From positions 1-35,261 of IMG/VR virus record IMGVR_UViG_3300032257_000070: 35,261 nucleotides of DNA. One strand, 5' to 3'. The position numbers and the translations under genes were made by a program. Shown in pieces: positions 26,508-33,798 of the stretch. The notes under the pieces were generated by a model. The model made no database searches, had not been told where the DNA came from, and saw only the letters and a program-made list of their open reading frames with translations. Source of the stretch: a virus. Lineage: Duplodnaviria > Caudoviricetes. Position 1 is the first letter of the stretch; each line of letters starts with the position of its first letter.

Positions 26508-27196
26508 CCCAAATCCTCGCTAGTGTGCTGGTTTAAAATTCCTCTGCCGATAGCTTCCGGAATGTACGGGATAACCGAATTCCCTAATTGTTTAAGTCTG
26601 TCCATCCTATTGGAAACCCCATCAGGAACTCGAATTGCTCTGGAGTAATTCTCTGCCCCCCAAACGCCTTGACATAATTCCGGCAACTTCTCCACTTCTG
26701 CATCGATGGCGCTAGAAAATTCGCTTTTGTTGTCGGCGTGTGCAATAAGCCACCAACGGCTTCTCTTATGGTCTGCCCCGCAATCACTCGCTTTAATATT
26801 TCGTCTTTCACATTTATATCCTATTAGCTCTAAATCTTGTTGAGCTTGAATTATTGGAGCCTCTAATACATTCTCAGCAATAACCCATTTAGGTTTTATC
26901 TGCCAAATAATACGCGCCATTTCAGGCCATAAATTTTCATCAGTTTTAATACCGTGGCTTGCTGTGCTAAATGGTTGACAAGGAAACCCCCCGCAAATCA
27001 AATCAACTTTACCTATTGACTCAAAATCAACAGTTTTAATGCAGTGGAAAACAGGAACATCTTTCCATCTTTTTCTTAATAACATTCTGCAAGCTGTATT
27101 ACTCTCAACAAAAGCAATAGTTTTCATTCCTGCTCGTTCTAAACCTAAGCTAAAACCTCCTATCCCACTAAACAGGTCTAATACTTTTAATGTCAT
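26504..27196 (-). CDS. C5 cytosine DNA methyltransferase, large (alpha-like) polypeptide lacking motif IX
   Basis: motif I DLFSGIGG, IV GGFPCQ, VI ENV, VIII HKRSRW, X LKQLGNSV. Confidence 0.9.
   Translation of the reverse strand: MTLKVLDLFSGIGGFSLGLERAGMKTIAFVESNTACRMLLRKRWKDVPVFHCIKTVDFESIGKVDLICGGFPCQPFSTASHGIKTDENLWPEMARIIWQIKPKWVIAENVLEAPIIQAQQDLELIGYKCERRNIKASDCGADHKRSRWWLIAHADNKSEFSSAIDAEVEKLPELCQGVWGAENYSRAIRVPDGVSNRMDRLKQLGNSVIPYIPEAIGRGILNQHTSEDLG
26584..26811 (-). CDS. nested alternative-frame polypeptide carrying C5-MTase motif IX (beta-like subunit)
   Basis: 'LLHTPT...RITPEQFEFLMGFPIGWTD'; GTG start with AGGA 7 nt upstream; entirely inside the MTase gene. Confidence 0.75.
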   Translation of the reverse strand: MKDEILKRVIAGQTIREAVGGLLHTPTTKANFLAPSMQKWRSCRNYVKAFGGQRITPEQFEFLMGFPIGWTDLNN

Positions 27197-27229
27197 AATC
27201 ACTCCGTCAATAGTCTAATAAGGTGGTCT

Positions 27230-27607
27230 TTACTTCATCCAATCAGGCCAAATCGCGTACCAGTCTACATAATCCCAATCCATATCCTCAGCTTGGTCAA
27301 ATTGGCCATTGCTGCCAATAACTAATGTACCGAGTGGAAGCCTGCTGTCAGGGTCGCCGTCGTGGTCATTTCGCACAAACTCAAGCGCGTGAAAATTGGG
27401 GTTTGGTTTACAGTAATGGAAGCTACCGTAGTCTCCACTTGGCAAAATAACTTTGAAGAAGTTATGATCCATCTTCCAAAATACAGCGGGTATATCTGGC
27501 TCCTCACTATCAAATTCACCAACCAATACACGCTGAGCAAACTTGAAAGGCTCCGCAATCTCTTTCTCATCCTCAAGCGTTTCCAATAGCTCTTTCGCTT
27601 GCTTCAA
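27230..27607 (-). CDS. hypothetical protein (start uncertain)
   Basis: 125-aa ORF filling the operon; TTG start lacks a clear SD. Confidence 0.6.
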   Translation of the reverse strand: MKQAKELLETLEDEKEIAEPFKFAQRVLVGEFDSEEPDIPAVFWKMDHNFFKVILPSGDYGSFHYCKPNPNFHALEFVRNDHDGDPDSRLPLGTLVIGSNGQFDQAEDMDWDYVDWYAIWPDWMK

Positions 27608-27631
27608 TGATTAGTTGTGTTTTTAGGTCTT

Positions 27632-27811
27632 TCATTTATCCATCCTCTCAGCTAATCGCTTTAGCCCGTCAATTCTTCTGGCTGTAATTGTTCGCTCTAA
27701 TTCCGAGCCGACAAAAACGCCCAATGTATAACCGAACATACTACTTTCAATTCGGTATTCGCCCTTGTTGCCCCTGGCATAATTCTTCTCGCCTTTTCTA
27801 ATCCATTTCAT
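27632..27811 (-). CDS. hypothetical protein
   Basis: GAGG SD before MKWIRKG. Confidence 0.6.
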   Translation of the reverse strand: MKWIRKGEKNYARGNKGEYRIESSMFGYTLGVFVGSELERTITARRIDGLKRLAERMDK

Positions 27812-27965
27812 AATCAAGCCTCTCTTGTCGCTTAAACATTTCAAGTGCCTGGATCAACTCTGATCCTGTAACCTCGCTGAATAAAAACCGGCTAGATACA
27901 ATGATCTTTTCCTCTGGTAGAATTGACAGCCTTTCGTCATTACATTTTACAATTGAGATTTCCAT
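27798..27965 (-). CDS. hypothetical protein, 55 aa (not in ORF track)
   Basis: AGGAGG SD; MEISIVKCNDERLSILPEEK... Confidence 0.6.
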   Translation of the reverse strand: MEISIVKCNDERLSILPEEKIIVSSRFLFSEVTGSELIQALEMFKRQERLDYEMD

Positions 27966-27974
27966 GATAACCTC

Positions 27975-28268
27975 CTACTGCTTTAATGCTCTTTCTATCT
28001 GTTTGTCTGTAAATCCTAAAAGTAATAGTCCTAGTCGTGTAGCTCTAAATAAACAATGACTATTAGTTTCAAAATTACCCTTCTTGCAATATCTAACCTG
28101 TCGAACATAACCGTAATTAGATAATTTTTGCAGTGAATAATATTGCTTGCTAGGGAATATCGCTGCAAATTTATTTCTATATCCATACTCACTCTTGATG
28201 TTCTTACTATCGGAGCCAGTCATTAACCGCATGATGTCCATATCGTATGGGGTGATTTGGTCAGTCAT
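27975..28268 (-). CDS. hypothetical protein (winged-helix-like)
   Basis: ATGA coupling; 'GYRNKF...L...GY...FRATRLG'. Confidence 0.65.
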   Translation of the reverse strand: MTDQITPYDMDIMRLMTGSDSKNIKSEYGYRNKFAAIFPSKQYYSLQKLSNYGYVRQVRYCKKGNFETNSHCLFRATRLGLLLLGFTDKQIERALKQ

Positions 28269-28864
28269 AACTTTTTAATCCGGTTAAAAATATCTTTAGC
28301 CTTTTTAATTGATTCTGTAAGTTTCAACTCTAACTCATCAATTATTTTCTCATCACGATCAATCCTTATAATCAATGGCTTAAGCTTTGGATGGTAAGCT
28401 ATAAAATCACAGTATTGCCTGTTAGTGATATACAATTGACCGTGAACTTGCCAGTGGTAAATTTTTGGTAACGTACCTTTTAACAGATAATTTATCTGTG
28501 TATTGAATGCCGGTGATTTAATTTCAAGCAATCCATCGTCATCAATCAATCTATCAGGGCTAGCTCCCAGCCATTCACCCATTGACCAAAACCCGCCAGG
28601 TTTGGTTTCTGTGAATGTTTCCATTTCATAGTGTTCTACTGCAAGCGGCTCAAGTTCATGACCTCGCTGCATGTATGAAGATGAAAAACTTTCTGGTGAC
28701 TCATTTGTCAACTTTTCAAATACAGGCTGATAAATAGCTTTTTCATATCCTGCTGTTTTAGCGCCCATAAACAAATCTTTAAAGGTTGACGCGGTAAACT
28801 TCCCCCGCCGTAACTCAAGCCATTCATCAGTATTCTGATTTATATCATGAAAGACCGGCTGCAT
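28265..28864 (-). CDS. YqaJ / lambda-exonuclease family recombination nuclease
   Basis: 'QNTDEWLELRRGKFTAS', 'MQRGHELEPLA', 'GASPD', 'LEIKSP', 'QVHGQL'. Confidence 0.93.
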   Translation of the reverse strand: MQPVFHDINQNTDEWLELRRGKFTASTFKDLFMGAKTAGYEKAIYQPVFEKLTNESPESFSSSYMQRGHELEPLAVEHYEMETFTETKPGGFWSMGEWLGASPDRLIDDDGLLEIKSPAFNTQINYLLKGTLPKIYHWQVHGQLYITNRQYCDFIAYHPKLKPLIIRIDRDEKIIDELELKLTESIKKAKDIFNRIKKL

Positions 28865-29339
28865 TTTTCAGAACCTCTATATTTTCCGGTGTTATATCAT
28901 AATATTTTTGGGCGATAGTTAATCCGTCAATACCCTTATCTTTTAAACGATCTACAACTTTAGGCCATTTATCAGAATTAGGGTTCAGTTTTTCCTTTTC
29001 AGTTTGAGGCTGTTGTTCTCTAATTCTCAATGCTTCGACAACTTCGCCAAATGCTTTAACTTCACGTACATATATTTGGATAGGTATATTTTTCCAATCT
29101 TCAATATAGTTAGAGCCAGAAAACTTTTTAATTTGTTTACAGGCTGTTACATTTAATATCATTGGCTTTGTTTTATCCTTAAAATAAGCAACGTTACAAT
29201 TTGAGCTATTGCCTTGAGGGTCTTTTATGCCTTTGACAACAACATAATCAATAACAACTTTAATGTCCTTATTTTCTTCTAGGTCATGAGCGCCCAGATA
29301 GTCTTTATTAAATGTTTTTTTCCAGTGTGTCTTGTTCAT
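28845..29339 (-). CDS. putative ssDNA annealing/binding protein
   Basis: adjacent to exonuclease; 'THWKK.FN.DYLGA.DL...KPMILNVT...EALRIR'; function inferred from position. Confidence 0.55.
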   Translation of the reverse strand: MNKTHWKKTFNKDYLGAHDLEENKDIKVVIDYVVVKGIKDPQGNSSNCNVAYFKDKTKPMILNVTACKQIKKFSGSNYIEDWKNIPIQIYVREVKAFGEVVEALRIREQQPQTEKEKLNPNSDKWPKVVDRLKDKGIDGLTIAQKYYDITPENIEVLKNAAGLS

Positions 29340-29473
29340 GTTATTCTCCTATAAGTTCTAATCTTCAAACTCGGCCTAACAAACACCGAAACGATATACC
29401 CAAATAATCTAAATTCAACGATCCAGCTAGTTCGGTGTGTGAAGTAGCTTGTTGATGTTGCGAGGGTGATCAT
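29336..29473 (-). CDS. hypothetical protein, 45 aa (not in ORF track)
   Basis: ATGA overlaps at both ends; MITLATSTSYFTHRTSWIVEFRLFGY... Confidence 0.5.
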   Translation of the reverse strand: MITLATSTSYFTHRTSWIVEFRLFGYIVSVFVRPSLKIRTYRRIT

Positions 29474-30066
29474 AAGCCACCCCATTGATCAGCCATTGCA
29501 TCGGCGATTCCTTGGAATGTGAGACTTCTGGCTTTTCCTCGCTCCGGGCCCGGTGACATATAATGAATACGCTCTCTTTCCTTCTTTGGTAGTTTCATCA
29601 TTTCCTCGTATACATTATTCGTTTCTATTAACGGCCCTAATCCATGTAAAAATAGTCCTGTTTTCTTTTGTTCCTTGTGGCCAAATTGATAAGGTTGTAT
29701 ATATTGAGGCTTTGGTAAGTCAGTCATGCTAGTCAATACACCTACTGGATTTTCAAAGCATACTCTTGGCGACCACTTTTTGCATTGATACCAAAGACAT
29801 TGAGTCCATTTTGCTGAATCCATTCGCTCTTTATATTTATCCTTTCCTAGACCATAAGTGCTATTCCCAGCTACACATAAAGCCGTACATGGCGGATGGG
29901 CTATTATTAAGTCATAATCCTGTTTAAGCATGTCTATGATGTCGCCCTTATAATGTGGCCCAGGTCTTTCTGTAGGTAACAGGTCACAACTTTTAGCATC
30001 ATGTCCTTTAGTTATAAAAGCATCCCTAACCACTCCAGAATATTCAAAAGCAACTAGCACCTTCAT
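29470..30066 (-). CDS. small phage C5 cytosine methyltransferase-like protein
   Basis: 'VLVAFEYSG', 'IAHPPCT', 'ENPVG', 'RSLTFQGIADAMADQWG'. Confidence 0.8.
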   Translation of the reverse strand: MKVLVAFEYSGVVRDAFITKGHDAKSCDLLPTERPGPHYKGDIIDMLKQDYDLIIAHPPCTALCVAGNSTYGLGKDKYKERMDSAKWTQCLWYQCKKWSPRVCFENPVGVLTSMTDLPKPQYIQPYQFGHKEQKKTGLFLHGLGPLIETNNVYEEMMKLPKKERERIHYMSPGPERGKARSLTFQGIADAMADQWGGL

Positions 30067-30134
30067 AACATCACCGCCCCTATGACCGTAGCCATAGTTA
30101 AGAATATAAGAGTGTAATAATATAAGCGGATCAT
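30063..30134 (-). CDS. 23-aa hydrophobic peptide (not in ORF track)
   Basis: ATGA overlaps at both ends; [23 protein letters not shown]. Confidence 0.45.
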   Translation of the reverse strand: MIRLYYYTLIFLTMATVIGAVML

Positions 30135-30784
30135 TTTTCAGCTCCTAATTTATCCTTAAATAAATCCATTACCTGATAAAGATAATCGCGATATTCGCTA
30201 GCGCCTCTCTCAAATTCTTCAAATTTAGCTTTATCAAAACCTCTCCATTCTTCCCATGTGTGAAACTGACAGCCAGCTTTAACGTGCTTAGGTGTTAAAT
30301 AAATAGCGTATGGTATAACCCCTTCCACACGAATAATATCTTTTGCGCCTCTGAGGTCTGCGCCTCTGAGGTCTGCGCCTTCGAGGTCTGCGCCTCTGAG
30401 GTCTGCGCCTCTGAGGTCTGCGCCTTCGAGGTATGCGCCTTCGAGGTATGCGCCTCTGAGGTATGCGCCTCTGAGGTCTGCGCCTTCGAGGTCTGCGCCT
30501 CTGAGGTATGCGCCTCTGAGGTCTGCGCCTTCGAGGTCTGCGCCTCTGAGGTCTGCGCCTCTGAGGTCTGCGCCTTCGAGGTATGCGCCTCTGAGGTATG
30601 CGCCTCTGAGGTATGCGCCTCTGAGGTATGCGCCTCTGAGGTATGCGCCTCTGAGGTCTGCGCCTTCGAGGCTCTTTTTCTCTTTGACAGCGGCTTTTAT
30701 AGCTAGTGAAAAACCACCGATCTTTAACTCAAATAAAACTTCACCAGTAATTTTATGTTTAATTTGCTGTAATTCATCACTCAT
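30131..30784 (-). CDS. pentapeptide repeat protein
   Basis: 21 A(D/Y)L(R/E)G units followed by a C-terminal 'AGCQ.HT..EW' domain; GGAG SD before ATG 30784. Confidence 0.9.
   Translation of the reverse strand: MSDELQQIKHKITGEVLFELKIGGFSLAIKAAVKEKKSLEGADLRGAYLRGAYLRGAYLRGAYLRGAYLEGADLRGADLRGADLEGADLRGAYLRGADLEGADLRGAYLRGAYLEGAYLEGADLRGADLRGADLEGADLRGADLRGAKDIIRVEGVIPYAIYLTPKHVKAGCQFHTWEEWRGFDKAKFEEFERGASEYRDYLYQVMDLFKDKLGAEK
30344..30671. repeat. 15-bp tandem repeat, ~22 copies (coding)
   Basis: TGCGCCT(CT/TC)GAGGT(C/A) repeated head to tail. Confidence 0.97.
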
Positions 30785-31058
30785 CGTCAAGCTCCTTTCT
30801 AAATTCCTCATCGGTTAAATAGTCGATGTAGTTATTAAATGCTAACCTCAAATTAAGTAAGGTGTCTAGGTGATGTTCTTTAATAACTGCCTTAGTCAGA
30901 TCACTCAGCTCAAGTTCTTTCGCATGATCAATAACGTCAGTCCAATCAGCAGGTTTAAATCTAGCTAAAACCTCGTTGCGGATTTCTTCTCTACGCTGTT
31001 CCTGAGCCGGTGTAAGAAAGTTACTTTCCCAGTCATTGTGATTGTCATCGTTGTGCAT
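30777..31058 (-). CDS. hypothetical protein
   Basis: GGAG SD; operon fit. Confidence 0.7.
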   Translation of the reverse strand: MHNDDNHNDWESNFLTPAQEQRREEIRNEVLARFKPADWTDVIDHAKELELSDLTKAVIKEHHLDTLLNLRLAFNNYIDYLTDEEFRKELDDE

Positions 31059-31077
31059 GTTATTCTCCAGTGAGTTA

Positions 31078-31275
31078 CTATTGACTATTTTTTATAGTCC
31101 CGTGAGGAATAATCAGGTATCTATACATTCCTCTCTGTGCAAAATGGTATCCAAGGTCGAAATATAAAAAATCAAACTCATCTTGATTTATCTTATAAAG
31201 AACCTTTCCACTTTCGTTTTCAATGGTTTGTGATTTATTTTTCACATTTACATATAAGTTAGTATTTGGTTTCAT
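31078..31275 (-). CDS. hypothetical protein
   Basis: GGAG SD upstream. Confidence 0.65.
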   Translation of the reverse strand: MKPNTNLYVNVKNKSQTIENESGKVLYKINQDEFDFLYFDLGYHFAQRGMYRYLIIPHGTIKNSQ

Positions 31276-31301
31276 GGTTTTATCTCCAGTGATTTGCTTA
31301 T

Positions 31302-31565
31302 TTATTTGAATGATAGAGGTGTAAAATCTGCAATGATTACACTAGCAGTACTAAGGCCTGTATTACAATTATTGTCTATTAGAAATTGCAGGTAGCGATC
31401 TGTAGTAGTTTCGCTTTCTTCCGCAATTTCATGATACTTGCCGCGAAACTTAATGCAAACTTTACCCTGCTTTATATAGTAAGGCTTAAGCGATGTTGCC
31501 TGCACTGCACGATACTTGCCAAAGCAGCATTTGTCATAATGTCTAGTTAAGTATACGTTTCTCAT
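31302..31565 (-). CDS. hypothetical protein (first gene of leftward arm)
   Basis: directly downstream of the leftward promoter. Confidence 0.6.
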   Translation of the reverse strand: MRNVYLTRHYDKCCFGKYRAVQATSLKPYYIKQGKVCIKFRGKYHEIAEESETTTDRYLQFLIDNNCNTGLSTASVIIADFTPLSFK

Positions 31566-31602
31566 TATCGTCGCCTTTGTCGTTGTTTAAGTCTATGTGT
31601 AC

Positions 31603-31631
31603 ATATTACGCCCTTGATAATATCTTGTCAA
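31603..31631 (-). promoter_or_regulatory. leftward sigma70 promoter
   Basis: on minus strand TTGACA-17 bp-TAATAT. Confidence 0.8.
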
Positions 31632-31644
31632 GTAAATATTTCAT

Positions 31645-31673
31645 TTGACTTTCTTGTAATCATCAATTATTCT
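31645..31673 (+). promoter_or_regulatory. rightward sigma70 promoter
   Basis: TTGACT-17 bp-TATTCT; predicted +1 at or near the ATG at 31680. Confidence 0.75.
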
Positions 31674-31679
31674 TGAATC

Positions 31680-31889
31680 ATGAAAAATTTAATGAAAGTA
31701 ATTAACAGAGATATTCAGCGAGCCAAGACGTTTTTTATCAAGGCTCATGGTTCCAGGCCCACACTATGCAAGGAAATAGGTGTCGGTACTCACTGGATGA
31801 ACGCCTTTATACAGGATCGAGTCGATGATCCATCGTACTCAAAGATAGTTAGAATATTAGAATATATGAAACAACAGAAAAACCAGTGA
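31680..31889 (+). CDS. Cro-like HTH transcriptional regulator
   Basis: 69 aa; 'RPTLCKEIGVGTHWMNAFIQDRVDDPSYSKIVRI' XRE-type HTH; first rightward gene. Confidence 0.75.
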   Translation: MKNLMKVINRDIQRAKTFFIKAHGSRPTLCKEIGVGTHWMNAFIQDRVDDPSYSKIVRILEYMKQQKNQ

Positions 31890-31896
31890 GAGTGTT

Positions 31897-31930
31897 CCCC
31901 GTCTATATTCCACATGAGGCGGGGTTTTTT
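31897..31930 (+). terminator. rho-independent terminator after cro-like gene
   Basis: CCCCGTCT...AGGCGGGG followed by TTTTTT. Confidence 0.75.
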
Positions 31931-31936
31931 AATTTA

Positions 31937-32012
31937 GCATCATAAGCTAATCAGGTGAAAGCGCCGTTTTGAAGAATCGGAGAGCGTGGTTCGATACCAT
32001 GATGATGCACCA
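31937..32012 (+). tRNA. tRNA-Phe(GAA)
   Basis: acceptor GCATCAT/ATGATGC, anticodon arm CCGTT-TTGAAGA-ATCGG, T arm CGTGG-TTCGATA-CCATG, encoded ACCA. Confidence 0.9.
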
Positions 32013-32017
32013 AATAT

Positions 32018-32091
32018 GGCAATGTGGCAGAGGTGGCAAATGCGCCGAATTGCAAACTCGGTATATGTTGGTTCGACTCCAACCATTGCCT
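32018..32091 (+). tRNA. tRNA-Cys(GCA), CCA not encoded
   Basis: acceptor GGCAATG/CATTGCC, discriminator U, anticodon arm CCGAA-TTGCAAA-CTCGG, T arm GTTGG-TTCGACT-CCAAC. Confidence 0.9.
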
Positions 32092-32098
32092 TTAATAT

Positions 32099-32150
32099 GG
32101 TCAAGTGGTATGGCACGCCTTTAGTCAGTAAAGCGAACTGACCTTGACCG
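32099..32150 (+). ncRNA. small tRNA-like RNA without anticodon arm
   Basis: GGTCAAG/CTTGACC 7-bp stem directly stacked on GTCAGT-AAAGCGA-ACTGAC hairpin; spaced like a member of the tRNA array. Confidence 0.55.
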
Positions 32151-32155
32151 CCTAT

Positions 32156-32227
32156 GTGGCGTATAGCTTAACTGGCTAAAGCTTGCCCGTGCAGGGCAGG
32201 ATATAGGTTCAAATCCTATTGCGCCAC
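32156..32227 (+). tRNA. atypical tRNA (His-like acceptor, 5-nt anticodon loop GTGCA)
   Basis: acceptor TGGCGTA/TGCGCCA with G-1:C73, D stem GCTT/AAGC, T arm ATAGG-TTCAAAT-CCTAT, anticodon arm TGCCC-GTGCA-GGGCA. Confidence 0.75.
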
Positions 32228-32253
32228 ACCTATAAGGAACGAACGGGGTTGAT

Positions 32254-32445
32254 ATGAATATCTGCAAGAATTGTGAATATTATAAGGCTAGGTGGATTGG
32301 TTGGCCCAAGTGTACGCATGAATCTGCTGTGATCGCCGATCTTACTAATGGAAAACTAGATTATTTCTCTTGTGATAACATGCGAACTTTTCTAGGTGGT
32401 CATTATTGCGGCGAAGAAGGTAGATTCTATGAGGAACGGAAATAG
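32254..32445 (+). CDS. small Cys-rich hypothetical protein
   Basis: CKNC..C..C...CGEEGRFYE; GGGG SD. Confidence 0.7.
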   Translation: MNICKNCEYYKARWIGWPKCTHESAVIADLTNGKLDYFSCDNMRTFLGGHYCGEEGRFYEERK

Positions 32446-32449
32446 ATAT

Positions 32450-32471
32450 TAGTTAGTTGCCTAACTAACTA
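32450..32471. repeat. perfect 9-bp inverted repeat in AT-rich intergenic region
   Basis: TAGTTAGTT-GCCT-AACTAACTA. Confidence 0.8.
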
Positions 32472-32574
32472 TAAATAAATGTTTATGATTATCTCAATTT
32501 AATATAAGGATTAGTTATTATGGAATTTAGAGTAAGACGTGTTAAATTAGAATTTCAAATTAAGGAGAGGTGAA

Positions 32575-33798
32575 TTGATTATTCCAAAAGCTCCCCGCCG
32601 AGTGCTCGAAACACTGGCGGAGCTACAACAAAACGAACATGTAACCCAACTATACCCATCACATGAGTATATTGCAAGTAAGCTGGACTATTGCAGGCTG
32701 ACTGTGATTCGGGCTATGAAGTGGTTACGACTCAACAAATTCATAACCTGGATCGGTCGCGTTGCTGAAAATGGCTGGTGCCAGACCTCAAACCTCTATA
32801 CGATACTTCGCACGATTCCAGACGATAGCAACAAGATCGACGAAGTTCCGAGTGAAATCAAAGAAGATGTAAATCCCGCTGAACCAGAATTGAAAAATGT
32901 TACACGAAAGATCAAACACCAAACCAATAAACATAAACTAAACAATAATAACTGTGATAGGGGGAAAGACACAGCCCAAGAATTCATGCAGACGTGGTTT
33001 GATGGTGGCCCGGCAACATTCCAGATCATTCCCGAGACTGCACAGGCGAAATTAAGGGCTGAGGGTGATCGGAAATTCCAGAAAACTATTTTTCATGGCC
33101 AAATTAACCAGCTATACCCAGCACTGAAACGATTCAACGATGAAGGTTATTCAATCCATGTAGCTGTAAACAATACAGATTTTAAGGGCAGGCGCATTGA
33201 AAACGTGACCTCGATCAACGGATTTGTGCTAGACCTTGATGGAGGATCGCTTCACGATGTAATCGAGGCAACACGCAGTCATGACTTCGACCCCACAATG
33301 ATTGTCGAGACTTCACTGGGACGCTATCACGTCTACTGGAAGTCTAACGGCTGCCCTCTGGATAAATGGCCTGGAATTCAAAAAACGCTGGCTAATCGTT
33401 TGGATGGTGATGAATGCGCCATGTCGGTAAATAAAACTTTGCGGATGCCAGGATTCAATCACCTGAAATGCAACCCATACCCAGTTAGAATTATTCATTC
33501 CGGAGGGGGGGAGATAAATGCCAAAAGAATGGAATTTTTGTTCCCTCCTCCAAAACCCAAGCCGATCAATCGAGACTTCAAGCCTACCGGAAAAATGTGG
33601 GATAACGTCGAGTATGGCGAATCAGAGGGAAATCGAGACGAGGCGCTTTTCAAATTTATCTGCAAAATGGAAAAATTCGGACTTCCGCAGCATGAGGCAG
33701 AATTCGAGGCTATTCGATATGCTCAAGCATGTACCCCGCCATTGCCTGATAATGACGCAATCCGAAAAGTGGAATATGTGTGGAGGCGCTACCGATGA
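32575..33798 (+). CDS. replication protein: N-terminal winged HTH + RepB-type primase domain + PriCT-like C-terminal domain
   Basis: 'YPSHEYIASKLDYCRLTVIRAMKWL...TSNLY'; 'FVLDLD', 'VETSLGRYHVYW', 'LRMPGF'; 'EGNRDEALF...CTPPLPDNDA'. Confidence 0.85.
   Translation: MIIPKAPRRVLETLAELQQNEHVTQLYPSHEYIASKLDYCRLTVIRAMKWLRLNKFITWIGRVAENGWCQTSNLYTILRTIPDDSNKIDEVPSEIKEDVNPAEPELKNVTRKIKHQTNKHKLNNNNCDRGKDTAQEFMQTWFDGGPATFQIIPETAQAKLRAEGDRKFQKTIFHGQINQLYPALKRFNDEGYSIHVAVNNTDFKGRRIENVTSINGFVLDLDGGSLHDVIEATRSHDFDPTMIVETSLGRYHVYWKSNGCPLDKWPGIQKTLANRLDGDECAMSVNKTLRMPGFNHLKCNPYPVRIIHSGGGEINAKRMEFLFPPPKPKPINRDFKPTGKMWDNVEYGESEGNRDEALFKFICKMEKFGLPQHEAEFEAIRYAQACTPPLPDNDAIRKVEYVWRRYR

Noticed and set aside
29383-29438. 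Inverted repeat ACACCGAA...TTCGGTGT as an ncRNA
   Set aside because: Only 8 bp with a long loop, and the interval is explained by a translationally coupled 45-aa ORF.
30344-30671. CRISPR array or DGR-like repeat
   Set aside because: Units are contiguous 15-mers with no spacers and encode in-frame pentapeptides; no cas or reverse transcriptase gene is seen.
31937-32230. tRNA genes as an attP integration site
   Set aside because: No integrase or duplicated tRNA 3' fragment is visible in the window.
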